DNA of 32,406 nucleotides from positions 1 through 32,406 of the IMG/VR virus record IMGVR_UViG_3300020045_002297. One strand, given 5' to 3'. The DNA is from a virus (taxonomy: Duplodnaviria; Caudoviricetes). Below are positions 18,313 through 26,368 of the stretch, piece by piece (positions within the stretch are counted from its first letter, which is position 1; every line of letters begins with the position of its first letter). The position numbers were made by a program, and so were the translations under genes. Under the pieces are notes generated by a model, which saw only the letters and a program-made list of their open reading frames with translations, ran no database searches and had not been told where the DNA came from.

Positions 18313-18462
18313 ATGGATGATTTACCCCCAATTATCGAAACCATTAAATCTTTAGATGCTGAAAAGCTGGAAACTCTCATTTCTTATCTTTCGCAAGAAA
18401 TTCAAGGTATTCAAGTGCCGCCGCAAGTTTATCTTCGGGGACAAGCCCAAATAACTCAATAG
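18313..18462 (+). CDS. Putative SOS-inducible antirepressor (49 aa), antisense to cI 3' end
   Basis: RBS AAGGAAG 8 nt before ATG, LexA box immediately upstream, similarity to the CI C-terminus. Function inferred. Confidence 0.6.
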   Translation: MDDLPPIIETIKSLDAEKLETLISYLSQEIQGIQVPPQVYLRGQAQITQ

Positions 18463-18706
18463 CATATTTTTGCCTATCCGACAACTCACTTTCAATAGTG
18501 GGTTGTTTTTTTATGTCCGTTTTTCCAGTTAGATATTCCAAAGAAACATTGAAGTAATCAGCAATTATTTGAAGTTTATCTATCTTAGGTATAGAACGAC
18601 CATTTTTCCAATCTGAAAGAGTGGCTTGCGGTATTCCCGATAGTTTAGAAAATTTATTCGCTGTAATTTTGTTTTTCTGTAATAATTGCTCAAATATTTT
18701 GAACAT
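18377..18706 (-). CDS. cI: CI-like XRE repressor lacking an S24 peptidase domain
   Basis: HTH (SGIPQATLSDWKNGRSIP..DKL..IADYFNVSLEYL.G); divergent from cro; RBS AGGAG. Confidence 0.9.
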   Translation of the reverse strand: MFKIFEQLLQKNKITANKFSKLSGIPQATLSDWKNGRSIPKIDKLQIIADYFNVSLEYLTGKTDIKKQPTIESELSDRQKYAIELFGLVPEDKLAAALEYLEFLAKDKK

Positions 18707-18737
18707 TTTAATGCACTCCTACAAACTTAAATTAGTT

Positions 18738-18878
18738 ATCGGAAATCCGTTGACAAAAGCGCATAAATAGCATACAATCAAATTATCCCATCGGAAAGCC
18801 GATAAGAAAATGCTTGGTTGCAACGGAAACCTTATATATATTATGTCGTGAACAAACAAAATATATCACATTTCCGAA
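18738..18878. promoter_or_regulatory. Operator array of the genetic switch (about four 14-bp sites, consensus ATCGGAAANCCGAT)
   Basis: ATCGGAAATCCGTT 18738, ATCGGAAAGCCGAT 18790, AACGGAAACCTTAT 18822, and TTCGGAAATGTGAT on the minus strand at 18865-18878. Confidence 0.7.
18750..18778 (+). promoter_or_regulatory. Lytic (cro) promoter
   Basis: TTGACA-17 nt-TACAAT; -35 overlaps the first operator. Confidence 0.8.
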
Positions 18879-18888
18879 TTAAAAGCAA
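18860..18888 (-). promoter_or_regulatory. Lysogenic (cI) promoter
   Basis: Minus strand TTGCTT-17 nt-TATATT with TGn extension; overlaps the fourth operator. Confidence 0.65.
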
Positions 18889-18934
18889 GTGTTAATTATC
18901 GACACAATTCGACAAATGAAACGAGGTGATAAAT

Positions 18935-19123
18935 TTGTATGATGTTTTTGAAAAACATTTGAAAGCAAAAGGCGTAACGGCTTTGCAAGTTGCCAAAGCA
19001 ACAGGAGTTCCACAATCAACATTATCCGATTGGAAAACAGGACGAAGCACGCCGAAGATTGACAAGTTGATTAAGCTTGCTATTTATTTCGATGTTTCGG
19101 TAGACAAATTTATAAACAAATAG
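18935..19123 (+). CDS. cro: Cro-like XRE regulator
   Basis: Single HTH, divergent from cI; GAGGTG then TTG 18935 (ORF track 18926). Confidence 0.88.
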   Translation: MYDVFEKHLKAKGVTALQVAKATGVPQSTLSDWKTGRSTPKIDKLIKLAIYFDVSVDKFINK

Positions 19124-19139
19124 AGAGGAGAAAAGGGAT

Positions 19140-19295
19140 ATGAAAATAACAATCGAAGCAACGCCAAAAGAAATAGCCACCCTTGTATTGGAAGTACAAG
19201 AGCAGCCAAATGTAGAAAAATTTGATGCGGATAAAACTATAAATTACATATACGAAACAATGAAGAACAAAGTAAGATGCTCACAAAACACCTAA
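19140..19295 (+). CDS. Hypothetical protein (51 aa, MKITIEATPKEIA...)
   Basis: Not in ORF track; purine-rich RBS; follows cro. Confidence 0.65.
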   Translation: MKITIEATPKEIATLVLEVQEQPNVEKFDADKTINYIYETMKNKVRCSQNT

Positions 19296-19499
19296 ATCAT
19301 TAAGTATGTTCAATGTAGTGGAAACACTTGACTTAATAGAAGCGTTATACAACGCAATGTTAAATTCTCCTGTTTTTTCTACACCAACAAGGTTTTTAAA
19401 ATTGCTCTCATCAAGAGCGTCTAGAAGAATTTTAGAATTAGCAATATCAGATTTTTCAAGTTTGGAATTAACCAATGTTTCAATTTCAGTTTTAGTCAT
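19281..19499 (-). CDS. Hypothetical protein, counter-oriented moron-like gene
   Basis: Perfect RBS AAAGGAGGTG; own promoter TTGTAT-17-TAAAAT with TGn extension (19523-19551, minus strand). Confidence 0.7.
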   Translation of the reverse strand: MTKTEIETLVNSKLEKSDIANSKILLDALDESNFKNLVGVEKTGEFNIALYNASIKSSVSTTLNILNDLGVL

Positions 19500-19588
19500 T
19501 ACTTTTCACCTCCTTTTGCGACATTTTACCACAATTAGGAAGTGAATACAACATTAACAAGTCCAATAGGACAGAAAGAGGTAATAAC

Positions 19589-19870
19589 ATGAAAAAAGTA
19601 ATTATAAGAGCAGACAGAGCAGGAGTATTTTTCGGAGAATTAAAAGAGCGTATTGGCAGTGAGGTTACATTAACAAATTGCAGAAGATTATGGCAATGGA
19701 ATGGCGCTTGCTCGTTATCACAGTTAGCGGTTGACGGGACAGATGAACCGACAAACTGTAAATTTACTGTAACTGTACCAGAAATAACAGTTTTAGGAGT
19801 TATCGAAGTAATCCCTTGTACACCAAAAGCAATTAAATCCATCGAGGGAGTGTCGGAATGGAAAAGATAA
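19589..19870 (+). CDS. Conserved phage protein (DUF6948-like)
   Basis: VIIRADRAGVFFG...RRLWQWNGACSLSQLAVDG...EVIPCT; RBS GAGGT. Confidence 0.75.
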   Translation: MKKVIIRADRAGVFFGELKERIGSEVTLTNCRRLWQWNGACSLSQLAVDGTDEPTNCKFTVTVPEITVLGVIEVIPCTPKAIKSIEGVSEWKR

Positions 19871-20493
19871 AAGAGTTTGTAACTATCTTTAATGGTTATG
19901 GTTCTGGTTATGGTTATGGTTCTGGTTCTGGTTATGGTTCTGGTTATGGTTCTGGTTATGGTTCTGGTGATGGTTCTGGTTATGGTTCTGGTTATGGTTA
20001 TGGTTCTGGTTCTGGTTATGGTTATGGTGTCAAATCAATAAACGAATTAAAAATTTATATGATTGACAATATTCAAACGGTTATAACCCACACCAAAAGC
20101 AACATTGCAAAAGGATTTATTTTAAATGGAGATTTAACTTTAGCACCTTGCTATGTCATTAAGCAAAACAATTTATTTGCTCATGGTGAAACACTACATA
20201 AAGCAAGAGAATCACTAGACGAAAAGCTGTTTGAAGATTTAGATGTTGACGAGCGAATCGATTTATTTCTTGAAAAATTTAATTTAATCGATAAACACTC
20301 CGCAAAAGAATTTTATAGTTGGCACAACAAACTAACTGGAAGTTGCGAAATGGGGAGAAGTTCGTTCGCTAAAAATCACGGCATCGACATTGAAAAAGAT
20401 ATGTTTACCGTTTCCGAGTTTATCGAATTGACTATCAAAGATTTCAACGGGTCGGTAATAAAGGCACTGAAAGACAAAATAAAAGAGGTGTAA
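19858..20493 (+). CDS. Conserved phage protein with Gly-Tyr/Gly-Ser repeat tract
   Basis: GYGSG repeats, then FAHGETL and WHNKLTGSCEMGR motifs. Confidence 0.75.
   Translation: MEKIKEFVTIFNGYGSGYGYGSGSGYGSGYGSGYGSGDGSGYGSGYGYGSGSGYGYGVKSINELKIYMIDNIQTVITHTKSNIAKGFILNGDLTLAPCYVIKQNNLFAHGETLHKARESLDEKLFEDLDVDERIDLFLEKFNLIDKHSAKEFYSWHNKLTGSCEMGRSSFAKNHGIDIEKDMFTVSEFIELTIKDFNGSVIKALKDKIKEV
19894..20028 (+). repeat. Coding hexamer repeat GGT(TAT/TCT/GAT)
   Basis: About 22 consecutive GGTNNT units. Confidence 0.95.
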
Positions 20494-20495
20494 TA

Positions 20496-20729
20496 ATGGG
20501 GACGCCAAATTCATTAAAACCCTCACCCGAGTTAATTATCGCAATTAATATTAAAAAGCTGATGCTTGATAACGGATGGGATAGAAAACATCTAGCAAAA
20601 TTAATCAAAATGGAATATGCCGATTTGGGATACAGACTACGCAAGCCAAACGCTTTCAAGGTTAAAGAGTTGTATAGGATTGCTTCGGCTGGTCGGGTTA
20701 GTGTTTCGAAATTATTTGAAAAGGAGTGA
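20496..20729 (+). CDS. Small HTH-like DNA-binding protein
   Basis: LAKLIKMEYADLGYRLRKP..F.V.EL..IA pattern; RBS GAGGTG. Confidence 0.65.
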   Translation: MGTPNSLKPSPELIIAINIKKLMLDNGWDRKHLAKLIKMEYADLGYRLRKPNAFKVKELYRIASAGRVSVSKLFEKE

Positions 20730-20735
20730 AAGAAA

Positions 20736-20990
20736 ATGAAAGTTGAATTTATCGAAGCTGAAAAGGAAATTGAAGTTTGGAACATGGGGGATGTGATTTT
20801 TGCAAATGGATCACCATGCATGGTATGTTGGCTTGGAATAAATCTTAAATATGCACTTTTAAATATGGACAGCGGAAAAATATTTAATAGCGGATTTGAA
20901 ACAACCTTTGGTTTGCAAGATAAGTATGAAGTGCAAACTGATTCATACCACAAATCCAACCGAGTAAAACTCGTTATAAAAAAGGAGTGA
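20736..20990 (+). CDS. Hypothetical protein
   Basis: RBS AAGGAG; operon packing. Confidence 0.7.
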   Translation: MKVEFIEAEKEIEVWNMGDVIFANGSPCMVCWLGINLKYALLNMDSGKIFNSGFETTFGLQDKYEVQTDSYHKSNRVKLVIKKE

Positions 20991-20995
20991 AATCC

Positions 20996-21160
20996 ATGTT
21001 TGAACCATTAACAACGGTTGCAGACTTAACAAATGAGATTAACAAACTAAAGATAATTTTAGAAGCGTGCCAAGTCCAGCGATTCGCAAAGGTTGACATT
21101 GAGCAGCGAATGGAATCGTTACAAAGACAAAAATTTGAATTGGGAATGAGGACAAAATGA
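20996..21160 (+). CDS. Hypothetical protein (54 aa)
   Basis: Not in ORF track; RBS AAGGAG; ATGA overlap with next gene. Confidence 0.65.
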   Translation: MFEPLTTVADLTNEINKLKIILEACQVQRFAKVDIEQRMESLQRQKFELGMRTK

Positions 21161-21861
21161 AAATATTAGTCGGATGCGAGGAAAGCCAAGCCGTTACCCT
21201 CGAATTAAGAAATCTAGGGCATGAAGCATATAGTTGCGACATTGAACCTTGTAGCGGAGGTCATCCAGAGTGGCATATACAAGCTGATGTTTTACCACTG
21301 TTAAACGGATTTTGCGCTTTTGCAACAATGGACGATTATGTTCATGAAGTTAATCAAAAATGGGATATGCTAATTGCTTTTCCACCTTGTACATATTTAA
21401 CCTCGGCAGGAACAAGACATTATTCATTAAGAATGAATTCTGTTGAAAAAGTTGAAGCAAGAATTTCAAAAAGAAATGAAGCCGTTGGTTTTTTTATGAG
21501 TTTTGCAAATGCAGATTGCGAAAAAATTGTAATCGAAAATCCAGTTGGATATATGAATACTCACTGGAGAAAGCCAAATCAAATTATTCACCCATATTAT
21601 TTTTCAAAATATACTGGAGATGAAAACCATGAGTTAAAAAGGACTTGCTTATGGATTAAAGGCTTAAAACCACTAAAATACATCTTGACTGTAGACAAGC
21701 CAACACACGATGGTGTAAGTCCAAGTGGTAAAAAATATTACTTTTCTGAAATGCACGGCAGAACAAAAAGTGGTGGAGATATTGGAGCGGCAAAAGCACG
21801 AAGCAAAACATTTCCAGGAATCGCAAAAGCTATGGCAAATCAATGGGGAGGACAAGCCTAA
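21157..21861 (+). CDS. Putative orphan DNA cytosine-5 methyltransferase (compact phage type)
   Basis: ILVGCEESQ, SCDI, DMLIAFPPCTYL (PC motif IV), IENP (motif VI), K.TCLW, RSKTFPGIA.AMA.QWG. Confidence 0.75.
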   Translation: MKILVGCEESQAVTLELRNLGHEAYSCDIEPCSGGHPEWHIQADVLPLLNGFCAFATMDDYVHEVNQKWDMLIAFPPCTYLTSAGTRHYSLRMNSVEKVEARISKRNEAVGFFMSFANADCEKIVIENPVGYMNTHWRKPNQIIHPYYFSKYTGDENHELKRTCLWIKGLKPLKYILTVDKPTHDGVSPSGKKYYFSEMHGRTKSGGDIGAAKARSKTFPGIAKAMANQWGGQA

Positions 21862-22028
21862 TGAGTGATTTTGGACTTTTTATATTAGCAATCGCAATTA
21901 TATTAATCGGATTCGGTATTTTAGGCACTATCTGCGAAATTTCAGACAGAAAAGAACTTAAACGCAAGCAACGGAGAGCGTTTTTAAAGGCTAAATATTT
22001 AAGGGAGGGCGAACAATGTCAACATTAG
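21861..22028 (+). CDS. Small single-TM membrane protein
   Basis: RBS GGAGG; hydrophobic N-terminus, basic tail. Confidence 0.65.
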   Translation: MSDFGLFILAIAIILIGFGILGTICEISDRKELKRKQRRAFLKAKYLREGEQCQH

Positions 22029-22207
22029 GATGGTGGATTATCACTGGTGTAATCGTAGTTGTAATGGGGTTAATTGCTTATTCGTTATGTGATGTGTCAA
22101 GTAGATGCAGCCGAGAGGAGGAAGAAAACGAAAGAGATATTTACAGCCACTCAAATAGAAAAACGCCCAAGTCTACTGTAATAGACAAAGGCGCAGACGA
22201 AAAATAA
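22016..22207 (+). CDS. Small single-TM membrane protein
   Basis: RBS GGAGG; hydrophobic N-terminus. Confidence 0.65.
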   Translation: MSTLGWWIITGVIVVVMGLIAYSLCDVSSRCSREEEENERDIYSHSNRKTPKSTVIDKGADEK

Positions 22208-22247
22208 TATACATACATAATAACATTACTGGGAGGTAATTGTCAAG

Positions 22248-23003
22248 ATGAAAGCATTTAAAGGGTTTAATAAAGATTTGTCATGCCGAGACTTTAAATA
22301 TGAGACAGGCAAAGAATATGAAGAAAAAGAAGCGGATATTTGCAGTAAAGGTTTCCACGCTTGCGAGTTCCCAATGGATTGTTTCAGCTATTATTCACCA
22401 GCCGATAGCCGTTATTGCGAAGTTGAAATTGAAGATAATGGACAACGACATGATGATTCAAAAGTTGTCGGTAAGAAAATTACAATTGGCGCAGAAATTG
22501 GGTTAAAGGGGATTATTGATGCTTCGGTAAAATTTATTATTGAAAAAGTTGATTTTGCAAACGCTAAAGAATCCAATACTGGCTACAAGTCAGCTTCAAC
22601 TAATACTGGCGACTATTCAGCTTCAACTAATACTGGCGACAATTCAGCTTCAACTAATACTGGCTACAAGTCAGCTTCAACTAATACTGGCTACAAGTCA
22701 GCTTCAACTAATACTGGCGACTAGTCAGCTTCAACTAATACTGGCGACTATTCAGCTTCAACTAATACTGGCGACAAGTCAGCTTCAACTGTAGAGGGTA
22801 AAGAAAGTATCGCTTTGGCTATGGGAATAGAAAGCAAGGCTAGGGGCGCATTGGGTTGTTACATAGTTCTTGTGGAGTGGATTAAAGATGAAAGTTACAA
22901 TTGGCACATTAAAACCGTTAAATCTCATAAAGTTGATGGGAAAGCAATCAAACCTAATATTTTTTATACGCTGACAAATGGAAAATTTGTGGAGGTTAAA
23001 TGA
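22248..23003 (+). pseudogene. Conserved phage repeat protein (KGFNKDL.CR.F.YE family) interrupted by an in-frame TAG
   Basis: ORFs 22248-22724 and 22815-23003 share a frame and are separated only by TAG 22722-22724 within repeat 6. Confidence 0.75.
22575..22790 (+). repeat. 8 x 27-bp coding tandem repeat AATACTGGC-KAC-WAK-TCAGCTTCAACT
   Basis: Variable codon pairs in order: TAC AAG, GAC TAT, GAC AAT, TAC AAG, TAC AAG, GAC TAG, GAC TAT, GAC AAG. Confidence 0.97.
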
Positions 23004-23119
23004 TGGATTGTAACAAACTGCAAGATATCAAAGATTTCATTGATAAAACGGTCAATATGAATTGGCTTACAGACGAGGAAAAGGTCGAATTGGTTAAACA
23101 CATAATTATTAATACTTAG
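23000..23119 (+). CDS. Hypothetical protein (39 aa)
   Basis: Not in ORF track; RBS GGAGG; ATGA overlap. Confidence 0.6.
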   Translation: MMDCNKLQDIKDFIDKTVNMNWLTDEEKVELVKHIIINT

Positions 23120-23133
23120 GAGGTATTTACATA

Positions 23134-23526
23134 ATGGTTGAATGGAATATTGTTAAAAAATTAATGGGAGCGTTTCCAAATTCTTTTATAAATTGTCATG
23201 GTGAGTTTATTGCTCACAGAGAAGCAAACGAGTATACAATTCTTGAAAATTGCGAAACTGAACTTGATGTAAAATGCAAGGTTTTGGAATGGTTTTCAAG
23301 GGGAGCGTTCAAAACTCAACCTTTCGGAACTAGAAAAAACAAGGAATTTCACGAATTTATGTTAAACGGAATAAACACATTTTTAGGTACAAACTTCGAC
23401 CACGAAGATATGGACTTGATATACGGACCTTTAGGTAATGCGGTTAATCACGAAAAAACAATAGCTTTTATAAATAGTGGATTCGATAAAAGTATTCTAA
23501 AGGATTCAGACGATGCTGAAATGTAG
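23134..23526 (+). CDS. Conserved hypothetical phage protein
   Basis: RBS AGGAGG; KCKVLEWFSR and LGNAVNH..T..FI.SGFD segments. Confidence 0.75.
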   Translation: MVEWNIVKKLMGAFPNSFINCHGEFIAHREANEYTILENCETELDVKCKVLEWFSRGAFKTQPFGTRKNKEFHEFMLNGINTFLGTNFDHEDMDLIYGPLGNAVNHEKTIAFINSGFDKSILKDSDDAEM

Positions 23527-23662
23527 CGATTGCGCCACCGAATTTGAACCCGAAGAAGCTAGTACACATAACGAACCACATGAGTTTTGGGGACACGATG
23601 TTGATGAAACATTTATGTGTTGCCCTAATTGTGGCGGTCAAAATATTGAAGTGGAGGAATGA
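23513..23662 (+). CDS. Small zinc-ribbon protein (49 aa)
   Basis: Not in ORF track; MLKCSDC...CPNCGG; ATGA overlap with next gene. Confidence 0.7.
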   Translation: MLKCSDCATEFEPEEASTHNEPHEFWGHDVDETFMCCPNCGGQNIEVEE

Positions 23663-23877
23663 GCGTGGCAAAACAAATTGATTTTTACACAAAAGGAGTT
23701 GCAAGCGTTGAAGTCAATTTTCCTAATGATGATGTTCGCTGCTTCAATTGCGAATACTGTTTTACCGATAACATGAAGCGAGAGCGTTGCAGATTGATGT
23801 TTGATAAATTGATATTTGATGCTAATTCAAGGCATGAAGATTGCCCGATTAAATTTAAGGAGGAAGAAAATGCCTAA
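23659..23877 (+). CDS. Cys-rich hypothetical protein
   Basis: CFNCEYC...C...CP; operon packing. Confidence 0.7.
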   Translation: MSVAKQIDFYTKGVASVEVNFPNDDVRCFNCEYCFTDNMKRERCRLMFDKLIFDANSRHEDCPIKFKEEENA

Positions 23878-24055
23878 TAAATTAGTTTTTGAAATTCACA
23901 ATTGTGAGCCAATCACTAGCGAGTTTGTCCGAGTTAATCAAAAATGCAAAGACTACATAAATCAAATCCGCAGAGATACAGGGTTGTCGGCTACTAAAAT
24001 TCTTGAAAAGGTTCTTGAATATGCGGTTGATAATTACGAAATAAAAGAAATTTAA
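23870..24055 (+). CDS. Possible ribbon-helix-helix DNA-binding protein
   Basis: RBS AAGGAGG, ATG 23870; VRV....helix..TGLS..helix pattern. Confidence 0.55.
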   Translation: MPNKLVFEIHNCEPITSEFVRVNQKCKDYINQIRRDTGLSATKILEKVLEYAVDNYEIKEI

Positions 24056-24064
24056 GGAGGAAAT

Positions 24065-24706
24065 ATGGCTAAGGTAATTGGGATAATGGGGGAAAGCGGA
24101 AGTGGTAAAACAACATCAATGAGAAATTTACCACCAACAGAAACATTTTATATTGATTGTGATGGTAAAGGACTTTCTTGGAGGGGGTGGAGAGAACAAT
24201 ACAACGAAAAAAAGAAAAATTATTATCGAACTGATTTTCCACCAATAGTTAAAAATTTACTTGATAAAGTGGATTCCGAACAAAAACACATCAAATATGT
24301 AGTAGTTGATACCATCAATGGAATTATGATTGGTGACGAAATGCGCAGAACAAAAGAAAAAGGTTATGACAAATGGCAAGAAATTGCACAGAGTGTTTTC
24401 GATATTATAAACGATTCAAACAAATATCGTGATGATTTAACGGTTATATTCCTCGCTCACTCACAGACAGAGCGTGACGACAATGGTTATATGTTCACTA
24501 GGATGAAAACATCAGGCAAAAAACTCGAAAAAATTGTTCTTGAAAGCAAGCTAACAACAGTTTTATTTGCAAAAAGTTCAGACGGTAAGTTTGTTTTTGA
24601 AACTCATGCAAACAATTCTACTTCAAAAACTCCGCTTGGGGCGTTTGAAGATAACGAAATAGATAACGACATAATGACGGTCATTAACGCACTAAAAGAA
24701 TATTAA
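24065..24706 (+). CDS. Sak4-like AAA ATPase (single-strand annealing recombinase)
   Basis: GESGSGKTT, VVVDT, FLAH motifs; followed by SSB-like gene. Confidence 0.85.
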   Translation: MAKVIGIMGESGSGKTTSMRNLPPTETFYIDCDGKGLSWRGWREQYNEKKKNYYRTDFPPIVKNLLDKVDSEQKHIKYVVVDTINGIMIGDEMRRTKEKGYDKWQEIAQSVFDIINDSNKYRDDLTVIFLAHSQTERDDNGYMFTRMKTSGKKLEKIVLESKLTTVLFAKSSDGKFVFETHANNSTSKTPLGAFEDNEIDNDIMTVINALKEY

Positions 24707-24727
24707 TTTAAAAGGAGAAAATATATT

Positions 24728-25291
24728 ATGAAACAATTTAATGGTTACGACAACGCAAAGGTACTAGCAGAAAACGAAAAACTTCCAATCGGTGGTTACA
24801 TACTTGAAATCAAAAACGCAGAGGTGGTCACTACTGAATATGGCGACAGATTAGTTTTTAACTTTGATATCGCAGAGGGAGAATTTAAAGACTTCTACGC
24901 CAACAATTACAGAAATCAGCAAAGCGAAGATAAAAAGTGGAAAGGCTCATACAGAATTAATGTGCCTAAAGATGATGGTACTGAGGATGATGAAAGAACA
25001 AAATCACGATTTAAAACTGCAATGTCTTTAATTGAAGATAGCAACAAAGGATTTACTTGGGCATGGGACGAAACAAAACTCAAAGGTAAAAAAGTTGGTG
25101 GAATTTTCAGAAATAAAGAATACAGCTTCAACGATCGTAACGGCTTTTTTACTGAATGTGCATGGTTTACAACGGTGGCAAAAATCAAAGACGGAAAATT
25201 CAAGATTCCAGCGGACAGGCTATTGACAGCTACAGCCAAGAAAACAATTGATATTTTGGTTGAAAACGATGTTTCTGACCTCCCATTCTAG
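24728..25291 (+). CDS. Phage single-stranded DNA-binding protein (DUF669-like)
   Basis: LP.GGY...I, FDIAEGEFK, acidic DLPF C-terminus; follows Sak4. Confidence 0.8.
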   Translation: MKQFNGYDNAKVLAENEKLPIGGYILEIKNAEVVTTEYGDRLVFNFDIAEGEFKDFYANNYRNQQSEDKKWKGSYRINVPKDDGTEDDERTKSRFKTAMSLIEDSNKGFTWAWDETKLKGKKVGGIFRNKEYSFNDRNGFFTECAWFTTVAKIKDGKFKIPADRLLTATAKKTIDILVENDVSDLPF

Positions 25292-25299
25292 CGCAAGAT

Positions 25300-25857
25300 A
25301 TGGATTTATTTAATATTAAATCGACTTTAGAAAATGTCGTGGTGCTGGTAGATACTCGAGAACAGAACACTCCAGCGCTGCGAAAGCGGTTGAAAAACAT
25401 GGGATTCCCAAACGAAAGACAAAAGTTGAATTATGGCGATTATTCAGTTAAATGTTTATCGCCATTTGGGACTATTGATTTATCAAATAAAGTATCAGTT
25501 GAACGGAAAATGTCTTTAGATGAATTATGCACTTGTTATTGTGCTGGGCGAAAGCGTTTTGAAAGAGAGTTCGAGCGAGCGAAAGCAGACAATGCGAAAA
25601 TCTATATGCTTGTTGAGAAATCAGATTGGGAAAAAGCTTATTCGGGTGATTACAGAAGTCAAATGAAACCGCAAAGCTTGGTTGCCTCAATGCTTGCTTG
25701 GCTTACTAGATACAATTGCCAACTGATATTTTGTGAAGCGGAAACAACAGGAAAGTTAATCGGTGACATTTTATACAGAGAAGTTAAAGAAAGGTTGGAG
25801 CGTGGGGATTACGATGAACTATGCGGAAACTGTGACACAATCAATAACAATGCTTGA
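25300..25857 (+). CDS. ERCC4-domain nuclease (putative resolvase)
   Basis: VDTREQ, L.YGDY, VERKMSLDEL motifs. Confidence 0.9.
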   Translation: MDLFNIKSTLENVVVLVDTREQNTPALRKRLKNMGFPNERQKLNYGDYSVKCLSPFGTIDLSNKVSVERKMSLDELCTCYCAGRKRFEREFERAKADNAKIYMLVEKSDWEKAYSGDYRSQMKPQSLVASMLAWLTRYNCQLIFCEAETTGKLIGDILYREVKERLERGDYDELCGNCDTINNNA

Positions 25858-26368
25858 TATTCTCGACAAATACGGCTTTCAACTTAGTAACAAGCGGAAT
25901 ATGTGTTGTCCGTTTCATAGCGAAAAAACAGCATCGTTTACAGTTTATACAGACGGAGCGCGTTGGAAATGTTTTGGTTGTAGCTTAGAGGGCAATGTGA
26001 TTGATTTTGCAAAACTACTTTTTGATATCGACTTTAAACAGGCTCTATACCGCTTAAATGGCGACTTTAATTTGGGGTTAGAATTTGGTAGACCGCTTAC
26101 ATATCGCGAGCGGTTGAGGGCGCAACAAGAGATTGCAGAGCGTAGACGGAAACAGAACGAATTAAATCAAAAAAAAGAAGATAACGAACATTATTACTGG
26201 GTGATTTTTGACGAGTGGAAACGCATAGATGATAATTTTGCACTGTATGCGCCTAAGAGTGACACAGTAGCGTTAAACCCACTCTTTATTGAATCACTAA
26301 TGAAAAGGGACCACTTAAATTATCTGCTCAATTTAGCAGAATTAAAGCGAGGTGAAAAGGTTGGATGA
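25814..26368 (+). CDS. CHC2 zinc-finger protein (DnaG-type zinc-binding domain without TOPRIM)
   Basis: CPFHSEKTASF..WKCFGC..GNVIDF; ATG 25814. Confidence 0.88.
   Translation: MNYAETVTQSITMLDILDKYGFQLSNKRNMCCPFHSEKTASFTVYTDGARWKCFGCSLEGNVIDFAKLLFDIDFKQALYRLNGDFNLGLEFGRPLTYRERLRAQQEIAERRRKQNELNQKKEDNEHYYWVIFDEWKRIDDNFALYAPKSDTVALNPLFIESLMKRDHLNYLLNLAELKRGEKVG

Noticed and set aside
17225-21861. HsdR-N gene and C5 methyltransferase as a restriction-modification pair
   Set aside because: They are 3 kb apart, on opposite strands and in different regulatory modules, with no specificity subunit.
22722-22724. Genome-wide TAG recoding (genetic code 15)
   Set aside because: TAG ends several intact genes (7153-7155, 14379-14381, 19121-19123, integrase), no other gene is fragmented, and no suppressor tRNA is seen.
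22575-22790. CRISPR-like array or DGR variable region
   Set aside because: Units are contiguous, in-frame coding repeats with only three variable bases and no spacers; no cas gene, reverse transcriptase or template-repeat copy was seen.
22540-22794. Alternate-frame ORF with LQLILAT repeats
   Set aside because: Shadow of the 27-bp repeat; no RBS.
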